A program made the position numbers and the translations under genes. From assembly GCF_004010195.1 (NCBI RefSeq), contig NC_057719.1, positions 37,500,704 to 37,564,703 on the forward strand: a stretch of 64,000 bases of DNA, written 5' to 3'. This stretch comes from Chiloscyllium plagiosum (taxonomy: Eukaryota). The notes under the pieces are model-generated. The model did not search any database. It was not told the origin of the DNA and saw nothing but the letters and a program-made list of their open reading frames with translations. Below are positions 40,050 through 52,215 of this stretch, piece after piece; the first letter of the stretch is position 1; each line of letters starts with the position of its first letter.

Positions 40050-40790
40050 GCCTGGAATAGTATAAGGAGGACATAAATAGGACGCAGTGATAAAATGAGC
40101 TTGAATGACCAGGAACTTGGCAGATAGTATATAACATGAAAAGTGTGAAATTACCTACTTTGGTATGAAAAAGTAGAAAACCTTTCAAATGAGAGAGACT
40201 GAGAAATGGTGGCTTTCAGAAGGATGCAGGTATCTGTGTGTACAAATCGCAGAAAGTTAACATTCGGGTACAGTGAGCAATTAGGAAGATGTTAAGAAAT
40301 GCAACTTAATACAATTATAAGCCCCTTGGTGAGACCCCCATCTGTGGAACTTGTTCATTCTGGCCTCATGTAAGCAACCGTACACTTTTCTTACAGCGTG
40401 TAACCAAAGTTTTCGAGAGTGATTCCCTGCATGATGGCTTTGTTCTTTGAGGGAACATTGATCTGACATCTGATCTAGAGATATGGTACCTGGAATTTAG
40501 AAGAATAAGGAAAGAACTCATGGAGCCATAAGATTCTGAAGTGGCTTGGAGAATGTTTCACTTGCCAGAGAGCCTAGAACCAGGAATCATTGTCTCAGAA
40601 TTAGGGATTGGTTATTCAGGTCATGGATAAGGAGAAATTTCTTCCCAATATAAAAGAAATGTGTATCTTTGAAGTCTCTATCCTACAGAACTATGAATGT
40701 TCTGACATTGAGTACATTAAAAACAGACATCAATCTATTATTTCAGATACTAAAGGGATCAATGGAAATGGACATAGTCTGGAAATTAGG
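40050..40790 (+). mobile_element. Highly decayed CR1 3' region
   Basis: Remnants TGGTGAGACCCCATCTG, CTAGAACCAGGAATCAT, AAAGGGATCAATGGA. Confidence 0.65.
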
Positions 40791-42884
40791 CAAAAATAGC
40801 TTTGCAAGTGTTTAATGCGATCTAGCCAAACAATGGGATATCCTCAGGGTTGCAATTCTTAACTTGTGGGAACAAAGATGTGACATAGTGGAGAAAATGG
40901 CGAGGATGGGAGTCAGTGAAAATTTTGCTGAAGGTGAGGACATTAAATATGGAGCTGAAAAGCAATTGAACTATTGGATGTGATGATGCATGAAATGTCA
41001 AAGCATGGCCACTTTTGAAGTTTGAAGGTACTATCATTGGATTCTTGGAGAAGTTTATTATTCTGGGCTGAACTAAGAACTTCCTTCTATGGAACTGTGG
41101 GTGGTGAGAGACATCAGAAAGCAGTGAGATGACCTTCTTTGTGAAATTGGGAAGATTGAATAAGCTAGCAGGGTCAGGAATTTGGCTATAAAAATGGTTG
41201 TAAAGTTTATATTGAAGGAGAGCAAGGCAGAACGAAAGGGCAGAGACGGCAGTCAGAGAAGTGTTTTAAGATGATAACGGAAAATCATTGAGTCTGAATT
41301 GCTGTTAAGTACAAATCTTGAGGGACAGAAGGAGTGAGGAACCTCAGTGAAGCACTTAGGTGGGGCCTGAGGGGTGCTGGAGAAGGAGGATTTGAAAAGG
41401 AGGTGAAAGGGTGAAATGTGGTGATGCACTTCAGAGAAAGAAAAGCAATTAGTGGATTGCAAAGGAGAAGACAAAGGAAGGATTGGGTGATTAGAACCGC
41501 ACAGTCTTTATGTTAAATTGAATGGGGCAGGTTTGGGAACATTTAATCAAGTTGGTACACTTCAGAAATGGTAAAATTATCACCACCAGTCAGCAAGATT
41601 TCAGTCAAGGCTAAGTGTCAATGCAATCTTCCACAGTTAGGTCGTGTTAGCAATGTTTGTTTTTATAAGTGAATTGCCATTCTAGAGAGAAATTTAGAGA
41701 GCAGTAAATATTGATTAGGTGATAGCAGAGTTCAAAGAAAAAGTGACAAATGGTATGAGATGAGAGGGTGGGAAAGTTACAGATTGACTCTCAATGGATA
41801 TGTGAACAGAAAATCAGAGAGTGTGGTGGGGATGATACCCCAGTTGGGATTACTGCTGGTAAGGAGGCAGCAGTTGTAACATTGTGAAGAGAGGCACAGA
41901 GGAAATCATTGGGCATAGCCAATGAGAGTTTAAGTCTGGACTATAGAATTTGGTGAAATGACTAGCAACTACTGTGTTAAAAAACAAATTCAATGGTTCT
42001 GCAGAGTGCATTTCAAAGGTGGAGAGTTGGGAAAACATTTCCTACGCTGATGAAAGTGGTGTTATGAAGCAGCTATCTACTCCATGAAGTCATGGATACA
42101 GTACAGCTAGAGACATTTTGAATAGAAACAAAAACATGCAAAACTTTCAAACAATAAGGCAAAGTCTTATCTCCCACCTCTTAAAAGGTAAGGCTGGTGA
42201 ATCCTCTATTACATCTTAATTATTTGAAAATGGATACATTATGAACACTTACCTGTAACCACTCAATCTGAAGAACCATCATTGGTCATTCGGTCGAGCA
42301 GTTCTCAGCTTCCTCTCTCAAGTCAATTGAAAGCAAACGGGCTCCATGTGACCCAATTGGGTAATTCTTGACTGTCAGTCAAAACGAGTTTCCCTACGCT
42401 TCATAATGTTCTCTGTGACGTTTCTCCATCACTCACAACTGATCTTTCATTTCTAGAGACTCTAAGACAATCTGAGAAGTTTGGCAATCCAACTCTAAAA
42501 GCTTTTCATTATTTTTAATCAATATTGTTGAAGCAGTATTTTCTCATTAAAGTGGCAAACTTTGGGTTAAGTGTATTTGATTTTGGAAGGTTTTGGTCTT
42601 TCCACATGTGCTTATCATATGTTAAAGAATCACTGTGTGAACTGGAGACTTGGTTGTGTTAAATGTGACTGAGCAATCATCGGCATTACTAAACGATGCA
42701 AATAAGACATTCTCCTTTGCTATGTGAAACTTTAAGACTCATGATTACTCGAACTATTCATTGTTAAATGGGTAAATTGTGCTGATTATCATAAAAATCA
42801 GGAATTAAATCACTTAGGAACACAGAACTTAGGAGCAAGAGTAGGCCATTTGGCCCTTCAAACTTGCTGTATCATTCAACAAGA

Positions 42885-43280
42885 ATGTATCATGTAAAAC
42901 TCTGTTAGCTCACTTTTTAGATTAGAAAAAATCTAAACATCATGGCACAGACAGAGAATACGGGGGCTTCAACATATTGTCTAGCTAACACCCATTCTTA
43001 CAGTTAACCTGAGAATGCAACTTTTAAAAAAAGGTTTTGTGATTTACACGTGAAAGTAGTGAAACTATCATGATATTCGAACAGATGAAAGACTCAACAG
43101 ACAATCCAGGTATTTTTCAATGTATAATTTCAGTTATATCACACTGTAAACTTTTGCTATAAATTCCGTGCCATACAATTGTGTCCTCCACAACCACCTG
43201 ATGAAGGAGCGACGCTCCGAAAGCTAGTGTGCTTCCAATTAAACCTGTTGGACTATAACCTGGTGTTGTGTGATTTTTAA
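42885..43280 (+). mobile_element. PLE terminal repeat (family B)
   Basis: Ends in AAACCTGTTGGACTATAACCTGGTGTTGTGTGATTTTTAA like 7700 and 55790; contains a hammerhead core. Confidence 0.85.
43195..43229 (+). ncRNA. Minimal type I hammerhead ribozyme motif, apparently intact (CUA site)
   Basis: CAC-CUGAUGA-A-GGAGC-GAC-GCUCC-GAAA-GCUA-GUG; palindromic AGCU stem III; stem I CAC:GUG. Confidence 0.75.
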
Positions 43281-43521
43281 TTATGTCTCTTAAAGGTATA
43301 CTGACATACTGACTGTGAAACATAGGAGGTCACTATGTGACTTACATATATTTTTAATATCATTTATTTTTGAATTTTTGATTTTTGTATTAATGTCATT
43401 GGTTTCTTTTTCTGTGTCTGAAGAGTTTAATAATTAACTTGTAGATATAGCTGTAGCCATAATGAGTTCTTTTATACCAATATGTGAAAGTTAACTTTCA
43501 GAACAAATGGCTTTTTGTATA

Positions 43522-44079
43522 TGTTACAAGGGTTTATGACTGAGCAAGGTAAATAATTGTGCATCAGGATTTCTAAAAGAAAATTTGGATCCTTTTTAAG
43601 CTTCAGGGAACCACCTCATGGCTTGGAGAAAAAATGTTTTTGATTTCCAGCTTGAAGCATTTCTGTAAAAAGTTTTTGGATGCAGATCAACGCTCTCTGT
43701 GAAAGGGAGAAGATAGTAAAAATAGATTCCGTTAGAGCAAAGAATCTAGTAATAGTTTCAGGTCAAAAGGTGAAGTGTTAGAAAAGGATTCTTCACTGGT
43801 TTGAAGATAGTAAAAGGGATGCTTTTGGGATCTGTAAAGGACTGTTTTTATATGTTTCAAAATATCTGATCTGATGTGTATATATAGTTTGGAATTAATC
43901 TGTATTTTCTTCATTTCTTCTATGAAACAAACTTCTACTTATTTGTCATAACTAAATTGTAACATTGCACATTTATTTTTCAATGAGACACATCTTTGTT
44001 AAAACTGAACAAAATATGATCTACCAACCCCGTCTGGAATCTGACTTGCCCAGTAATAACATCAGCAGGCTTAGTAACA
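43522..44079 (+). mobile_element. Probable solo LTR
   Basis: Inverted termini TGTTACAAG ... CTTAGTAACA; no TSD recognisable. Confidence 0.5.
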
Positions 44080-45682
44080 AACATAGCACCAACTCAGAAG
44101 GACAGCAAGTTTCTCATTTTAAAAACAAAAATGAATCATCCATCCATCACTGTCATAACGTTAATGTCACAAATGACATCAACTTCATTGTTTTTCACAG
44201 AGAGAGAGTGGGTTAGTGCTTTGTACAGAATGCACATTGTCCTTTCTCTATAGTCTCAGGTAATCTTTGATTTATAAATCCTGTCAGGAGCTGTACATCT
44301 TTTCACCATTTTTTACAAGGTCCCAAAAGCATCATCACAAACTAATGTGAATCTGTAGAATCTGTGCGAACTTAAAAAGACAATGAGCTTATTGTATACA
44401 CCAAATAGGTAATAACTTTGATGGATATTTCAACAAATGTTTTTCCAGCACCACATTTTTCAGCTCTAATTCAACAGTCTATTTCAGTTTCTGATTTCTC
44501 CACGTTTGGAAACACAAGTATAATGAAGTTTTTGTACCTGCACAGTCTGTTGAAGCAATGGGAAGGAGCTTTGTGCTTGTGGTTCCTTACAGAGAATGAG
44601 CTCCTGACTTCAGATAGCCATCACAACTATCAATGAGCAGAGATGAAGTGTCTAATTATAAAGAGAGCAAGACTGGCTGTGGCTATTTAATTCTTGGCAG
44701 CCATCTACACAACAACACACCAGGGGCCTGGCAACAGCTCAATTGCTCAGTCCTACACTATAAAAGGTTAAGGAAGTGATTCCACATAAATGAAGGAGGG
44801 GGTGGGGCAGTGGTAGAAAAGAAAAATACATGGGCAACTCATCGATCTCACAAAAGTTGTCATAGTTGGCATACATCTTCAAAACTGGAGAATCAAAAAC
44901 AGTGTTGAATATAGCAGCTTGACTCTTAGGGAGCTCAGCTCAGTCCCGAGATCTTTAAAAGTGGCAGGCATGAACAACTCTGGGATTCCTAGCTGCATTC
45001 TTCTTCTGGTACAGGATGCAATTAGCAAACTCAAATGCAGCATTTCTGCCCTTGCTGGCTCCACTGCATTTCAAAGCCTCTGAAATTTTGATAGGACCCT
45101 GGATTATTTTGTTCATGGTACCTCAAAAGAATTCATGAGTGAGGGGAGTCTAGTCTTAAATTAGAAAAGAAAAAAAAAATTAGACATTTAACAGTCCATT
45201 TGAGGAATATTGCCATGCTCACCTTCTCAAATGGAGATCCCATCGAGGAAACCTTCAAACCACTTATCCTTTTTTTCCAGATAAACACAGATAATTAAAA
45301 AATACCCATTCTGGCAGAAGTTCCACCTCATGCCTCACCTGGAGTGCAGTGACCCTCAGGTTAAACCACCATTAGTCATTGCTCTTTAGTGAGGGAGCAG
45401 CCTATGGCCCTCTAGGATAATGGAGTCTTCACACCATCACCCAGAAGGTCAACAGCAGTAGATACATGGGAACACTACCATCTGCAAGTTCCCCACCAAG
45501 CCTCTCACCAACCTGACTAGGAAATATATCACCTTTCTTTCCAGTATCATTGGGTCAAATCACATGAATATCCTCTCTAACAATATTGTGGGTCTACCTA
45601 AAGCAGGTGGACTGCAACGACTCAAGAAGGCAGCTCTTCACCACCTTCTCAAGGGCAATTAGGAATGGGTAATACATGTGTT

Positions 45683-46000
45683 GGGAGAAAGTGATGACTG
45701 GAGATCAGAGTCAAAGAGTGTGGTGCTGGAAAAGCACAGACAGTCAGGCAGCATCCGAACAACAGGAGAACGGTGCTGAGTCTGAGGGTTGGGACTGAGG
45801 GGGGGGGGGGGGAGGGGAAATGAGAAAACTGGTGAAATCCACTTTGATCCCATGTGGTTGGAGGGTCCCAAGGTGGAAGATGAGGCGTTCTTTCTCTAGG
45901 CATCAGGTGGTAAGAGTTTGGCAGTAGAGGTGGTCCAGGATCTGCATGTCCTTGGCATTAGTGGGAGGGGGGGTTAAAGTGTTCGGTCACGGGACAGTGG
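45683..46000 (-). mobile_element. PLE fragment: GIY-YIG endonuclease C-terminus plus terminus, hammerhead region deleted
   Basis: Minus translation approximates EHFNPPSH..LEKERLIFHLGTLQPHGIKVDFTSF; inserted in an L2-like tail. Confidence 0.82.
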
Positions 46001-46076
46001 GACTAGCGACGCCACATTCCACGAATGAATTAAAAACACAGCTCTGCAGAGGGACGAATGTGAAGTCAGCTCGGAT

Positions 46077-46333
46077 ATATACTTTAAAAAGATGAACTTT
46101 TTGAATAGAGATTTTGGAGTCAATTTATCCTCTAGATTTTTAAGCTCCAATTAGCTTAAGGTACAGTTAGAAATTTCAAATATGAAAGTAAAAGTGGTTG
46201 TACAATATACTTTAAAAAGATGAACTTTTTGAATAGAGATTTTGGAGTCAATTTATCCTCTAGATTTTTAAGCTCCAATTAGCTTAAAGGTACAGTTAGA
46301 AATTTCAAATATGAAAGTAAAAGTGGTTGTACA
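46077..46333. repeat. Near-perfect tandem duplication of a 128-bp unit
   Basis: 46077-46204 and 46205-46333 differ only by one extra A. Confidence 0.95.
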
Positions 46334-46804
46334 TACTGGGACCAGTTTTTTTCCATTGGGAATTAAGTTCCGATGAATCATATTGCTTTGTGAACTGTAA
46401 CTTTTAGCAGCAAAATATAAAGCTAACCCTATCGCACTCTCCCCACAACAACAAGACAAAGCCGATTTTACATCAGAAAAACCATAAGCAACTCAGAGAT
46501 AGGCCAGACATTAACCTTGATTAATTACATAGTAACTTCTTCATCTTCAACTGATTTTTATTTTAAAAATAACTTCTGAGAGAAAGGAGAGACAAAGTTA
46601 ACCTTAACTCTTAATATAAAGCCCATCTACAGGGAAACTTCTATTTAAGATCCTGACAAAAATCTTAAAACATCTTTTCTCTTCAGCTTTTCAAAAAAAA
46701 AACTCATTGTAAGGAGACCGAGTCAGTGCTAATCATTAAAAAAGTTCAGGGAATTGAGATTGAGTTTGACAACATTCTGTTGTCACATGCACCAAGATAC
46801 ATGT

Positions 46805-46930
46805 GGAATGTGAGGATTGCAGACGCTGGAGATCAGAATCGAGAGTGTGGTGCTGGAAAAGCACAGCCGGTCAGGCAGCAGCCGAGGAGCAGAAGAATCA
46901 ACCTTTTGGGCATAAGCCCTTCATCATGAA
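46805..46930 (-). mobile_element. PLE terminus (family A), decayed hammerhead
   Basis: Minus ATGATGAAGGGCTTATGCCCAAAAGGTTGA then the family A tail. Confidence 0.8.
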
Positions 46931-46934
46931 AGAT

Positions 46935-48780
46935 TCTTGACCAAGATACTGAAAAGAGTTGTTTTGTGTGCTGTACAGGCAGATTGTACCATACAAAGTG
47001 CATCAGGGCATACAAAGTGCATCAGGGTGGGAGAATAGAGTGCAGAATGCAGTGTTACAACTGCAAAGAAGGTAAAGAGAGAGAGAGAGATCAGAGTTAA
47101 CATTTGAGAGAGCCTTTCAAAAGTCTGAAAACAGTGGGGAAGAAACTGTTCTTGAATGTCTTCATATGTTTATTCAAACTTTTATATCTAATGCCTGACA
47201 GATGATAAAAGAGTACATCTGTCATTGGGAGGGGTCTTTGATTATGTTGGTTGCTTTCCTGAGACAGCAGGAAGTATAGATGGAGTCAATAGATGGAAGG
47301 CTGGTTTGTGTGATGGACTGACATGTGTTCACAACTCTCTATAGTTTCTTGTGATCTTGGGAAAAGTAGTTCCCATACCACACTGTCATGTATCCAGATA
47401 GATGTTCCATGGAAAGCATCCTATTAAAAATTGGTAAAAGTCTTTGTGCATATGTCCAGTTTCTTTAGCCTGCTGAGGGAGTACAGATATTGCTGTGCCA
47501 TCTTGACAATAATGCAAATGTGGATGCACCAGGACAGATTGTTGGAGATCATCACTCCCAAGAACTTGATTGTCTTACCCAACTCCACCTTAGCACCACT
47601 GATGCAGACAGGGGCGTGCCCTCCACAGCAGTTTCTGAAGTCAATGACCAGCTCCTTCGTTTTGCTGACATTGACAGAGATTATTGTCTACACACCATAC
47701 TGCTAGGCACTCAGTCTCTTTGTGGTACTCTATCTTGTCATTGTTTGAAATCCGTCTTACAACTGTGGTGTTGTCAGCAAGCTTGTAAATGGAGTTGGGG
47801 TGGAATTTGGCTGCACAGTCGAGTGTGCAAGGAGTAAAGTAGGAAGCTGAGTACACAGCCTTGTGGGCATCAGTGTTAAGGTGGAGGAGCTGTCGTCACA
47901 TATTCTTACAGATGATAGACTATGGTTTAGGAAGGTCAAGGATCCAGTTATGGCGGGGGTGGGGAGAGGGAGCCAAGAGCTAGATCTCAGAGTTTAGAGA
48001 CAAGTTTGTTTGGAATTATGGTGTTGAACGTGGAACTGTAGTCAGTAAGTGGGAGTGTGACTTAGGCATTCTTGTTATCCAGATGTTCCAGGGATGAGTG
48101 TAAGGCCAGTGAGATGGTTTCTGCCATGGATCTGTTGCAACAGTTGACGAGTTGGAAAGGATCAAGGCAATCTGGGAAGCTGCCGTTGATGTAAGCCATG
48201 ACTAACCACTTGAAGCACTTCATAATGATGTAGAGTAGAGCAAATTTATTTGTTGTTTCTACCATATACAGCTGGTACAATAAAAATGAGACCATGTTCC
48301 TCTAGGACCAAGGTGCTATATGAACGCACAGACTACACAAGAGTACAGTCATACACAGGGCTGCATAAAGTGCATAGAAAAATGCAAAACATGCTAGACA
48401 GCACAGTAATTCCTGACAAGACAAGACAACAGGCACAGTGGTGGACAACTGGAGGTAAGAGCCACTGGGCAGCAGTCACTGAGGAATGCTGCATGATTTT
48501 TCTTTGACACCAGGGGACTTCAGATTGTAGTAAGGAGAAGATGAAGATGTCTGCGAATACTCCCGTCAACTAGTCCCCACAGGATCTGAATGGACGGCCA
48601 GGGACTCCAACTGGGTCAGTCGCTTTCCACGGGTTCACTGTCAAGAAGGCCGATCTAACATCTGCAGCAGTGACCACGGGGACAAGGGCATCCAAAGCTG
48701 TTGGATGACCTGTTCAAAGTCAGCGTAGAATGTATTGAAATCAGATAGGGATGTACAGTTGCTTGAGATTCTGTTTGACT
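46935..48780 (-). mobile_element. Rex1/Babar-type LINE, RT to 3' end, decayed
   Basis: Minus motifs GVFADIFIFSLLQSEVP, LDPFQL..NRSMAETISLALHSSLEHLDNKN, IYKLADNTTVVRRISNND; extra insertion at ~48240-48450. Confidence 0.85.
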
Positions 48781-48827
48781 TCGCTTCTCTCTCAGGTTTA
48801 ACCAAGTGAATCTACCCTGTTCTCAGT

Positions 48828-49035
48828 AAAGGAGTGTGGTGCTGGAAAAGCACAGCAGGTCGGGTAGCATCCGAGGAGCAGGAGAATTGATGTTTCAGGC
48901 ATCAGTTTCCTGATGAAGGGCTTATGCCCAAAACGTTGATTCTCCTGCTCTTCAGATGCTGCCTGACCTGCTGTGCTTTTCCAGCACCACTCTTCTGACT
49001 CTGCTCTCCAGCATCTGCAATCTTCTCTTTCTCCT
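48828..49035. mobile_element. Fold-back PLE terminus insertion (family A), decayed hammerhead
   Basis: Inverted arms around CTGATGAAGGGCTTATGCCCAAAACGTTGA (from 48910); direct repeat TGTTCTCAGT at 48818-48827 and 49036-49045. Confidence 0.85.
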
Positions 49036-50676
49036 TGTTCTCAGTGAATAATGACATTACAACTTATATTCCTTATTGTCTTTATGGCTTTGGACAGTAC
49101 AAGCTCTCTGGTTACCATGTCAGTATATAAAACAAATGGAATAAGTTTTAGTTGGGAGTTGCAATTTAAACACACAGATCTGAGAAGGCACTAGCATCCT
49201 ACAGGAGTGTTATTTTTATTATTATCTTCATAATATAAAAATTACAAATTATTCACAGCTCAACATCATTCTAATTTCAATTATTGTTAATGCAAACATG
49301 ATAAATATTCTCAAATCAATTAATACAATGACATCTCAGATTAGCCACTTAATCTCAAACACACACTGTAATTCACCCTGAAGTAAATCCTGTAGTGAAA
49401 CTCAATAAAACAGTGAAAGGATTTTTTGTAGCAAGGAACCATAAATGTGATAGGCCTGTGGAACACTCCATTGAAAGTTTGGTTTAGTTATATTTAGTTA
49501 TATTTTTATAATGGACAAGGCAGGTATATTTGCTGTGCCTCATTTAAGGCCTAAGGAAGTTGTTCGAAACCGGACTGTTCAAAAGCATTTCTCTAAGAAA
49601 CCACATGGAGGATCCAGAGTCTGAAGAATATAGTATTGACATTGGCAGGACTTAAGTAGCCCTGGTAGGTTACCATGACTGCAGCCAAATTCTTGGTGCA
49701 ACTAGGGAAACAAGAGATAGATATTCCCTGTTGGACAGAGAAACTGCAAAGGAACTTCAAAATCTTTCTCATAGCAATGGATTTGAAAATTGTTCAGAAT
49801 TTAAAAAAGGAACTATTTTTCAAATGCATACAGACATTGATGCAAATCAATACTGACTAAAAGTAAACTTTTAAAAAATGCTTATTCCTCCAATAGTATC
49901 AATGTACTCCTCATGGAACCTCTGCTATTTTCCTGACTGGCATTAATATCTTAATGTTTTGTGTATAGTGTAATTCAATCTGTGATATGAATCTTGATTT
50001 TAACTCAGCCCATTATTTATCAGGCAGGAAAGGCTTGACAGAGGAGTTAAAATTTGGAATTTATTTCTCTCAGCTACAACCCATATGTTCCTGTCCACCA
50101 TATTTAAAATGGTGGTGAATAAATGGCAACAATGAGGCTCCTGGTACAAGCAACTAAGGCCCTATTTAGCTGTCAAAAGTCAGGTCTAATGATGTTACAT
50201 GATCTAATCCTAAATACTGACCTTAACCTTTTCAGATCAGCAAGGCCTCCATGTGCCCAGACCCAGCTCCTCTGGACAGCTATACTCTCAGTCAGAAGTG
50301 GCATCTTTCAGATGAGATCGTCTTGCTGGTTAGCCTTTCATGAGATGTGGGCATCACTGGTGTGACCAGGATTTGTTACCCATCTCTAATTACCCTTGAA
50401 CTGAGTGGTTTGCTAAGCCATTTCAGAGTACAGTTGGATCTGGAGCCACATGAAGGCCAGAACAGGTAAGGACATCGATTCCTTTCCCTAAAAAAGGACA
50501 ACAATGAACCAGATAGGCTTTTACAACAATTGATGATCGTTATTAGTCTCCATTACTGAGACTAGGCTTTATATTTATTAACTAACTTAAATTATGCCAA
50601 TTGTCTTGGACACACATCCCTAAAGTATTAGCCTGGGTATTCGCTTTACTAAGAATCAGAATCCCTACAGTGTGGA

Positions 50677-51465
50677 AATATAAATGATTTGGATGCGAGC
50701 ATAAGAGTTACACTTAGTAAGTTTGCAGATGACACCAAAAGTGGGGGTGTAGTGGATAGCGAAGAGGGTTACCTCAGATTACAACAGGATCTGGACCAGA
50801 TGGGTCAATGGGCTGAGAAGTGGCAGATGGAGTTTAATTCAGATAAATGCAAGGTGCTGCATTTTGGGAAAGCAAATCTTAGCAGGACCTATACACTGAA
50901 TGGTAAGGNNNNNNNNNNNNNNNNNNNNNNNNNNNNNNNNNNNNNNNNNNNNNNNNNNNNNNNNNNNNNNNNNNNNNNNNNNNNNNNNNNNNNNNNNNNN
51001 NNNNNNNNNNNNNNNNNNNNNNNNNNNNNNNNNNNNNNNNNNNNNNNNNNNNNNNNNNNNNNNNNNNNNNNNNNNNNNNNNNNNNNNNNNNNNNNNNNNN
51101 NNNNNNNNNNNNNNNNNNNNNNNNNNNNNNNNNNNNNNNNNNNNNNNNNNNNNNNNNNNNNNNNNNNNNNNNNNNNNNNNNNNNNNNNNNNNNNNNNNNN
51201 NNNNNNNNNNNNNNNNNNNNNNNNNNNNNNNNNNNNNNNNNNNNNNNNNNNNNNNNNNNNNNNNNNNNNNNNNNNNNNNNNNNNNNNNNNNNNNNATTTA
51301 AAAGGCATTTGGATGGGTATATGAATAGGAAGGGTTTGGAGGGATATGGGCTGGGTGCTGGCAGGTGGGACGAGATTGGGTTGGGATATCTGGTCGGTAT
51401 GGACGGGTTGGACCAAAGGGTCTGTTTCCATGCTGTACATCTCTATGATTCTATGACTCTATATG
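50677..51465 (+). mobile_element. Young CR1 3' half spanning an assembly gap
   Basis: [32 protein letters not shown] before the gap; CR1 3' UTR and CTATGA tail after it. Confidence 0.93.
50909..51295. other. Assembly gap
   Basis: Run of N. Confidence 1.
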
Positions 51466-52039
51466 ACGAAGAATAGAGGGCATTAATTTTAGGTGAGGGG
51501 CATATGGTTTGCAGGAAATCTAAGAAAAGAAGTTCACCCAGAGGGTAGTAGAAATATGAATGTGCTAACAGTTATTTTTAATGGCCCAAACCATCAGAAC
51601 CAACATCTGGAAATATCCAGCATTCAAATTTCAATCCTGATGGTGTTGGATTTGAGTAGAGAGAGAATAGTTAATCTGTGGAATTCATTGCTGCATTGGA
51701 CTGTGGAGGTCAATAAATTGTGTTTTGCTTGGGAAGGGGATTGAGGATTACAGGAAAAAAAGCAGCAGAATGGAGTTGAGAAATATAATCAGCCATGATC
51801 AAATGGCAGAGGAGACTCAATTGCCTAATTCTGCTCTTTTATCTTATGGTCTTAATGAGTAACTGTATCTATATCGTGTTTTGGGAGTTTGCTGGTTACT
51901 ACATTTCCTCAATTACAACAGTAAGTACACTTCAACAATACTTCATTAGTTGCAAAGCACGTTGAGATGTGTAATGATCATGAAAAGCATTATATAAATG
52001 CAAATCTTTCTTTCTTTTCATATCACCCATTTCAGGCTT

Positions 52040-52215
52040 AGTCAAGTCATACAGCATGGAAATAGACCCTGCAGTCCAACTCATCTGTGCCGGCCAGACA
52101 TCCCAATCTGGCTGAGCCCCATTTTCCAGCATTTGGCTCATATCCCTCTAAACCCTTCCTATTCATATACCCATCCAAATGCCTTTTAAATATTGTAATT
52201 GTACTCACCTCCACC
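52040..52215 (-). mobile_element. CR1 3' tail
   Basis: Minus FKRHLDGYMNRKGLEGY. Confidence 0.88.

Noticed and set aside
44640..44810. TATAAAAGG, ETS and GC-box motif cluster
   Set aside because: No associated exon or ORF; short motifs expected by chance
45798..45818. G-run with G-quadruplex potential
   Set aside because: Part of the PLE low-complexity tract
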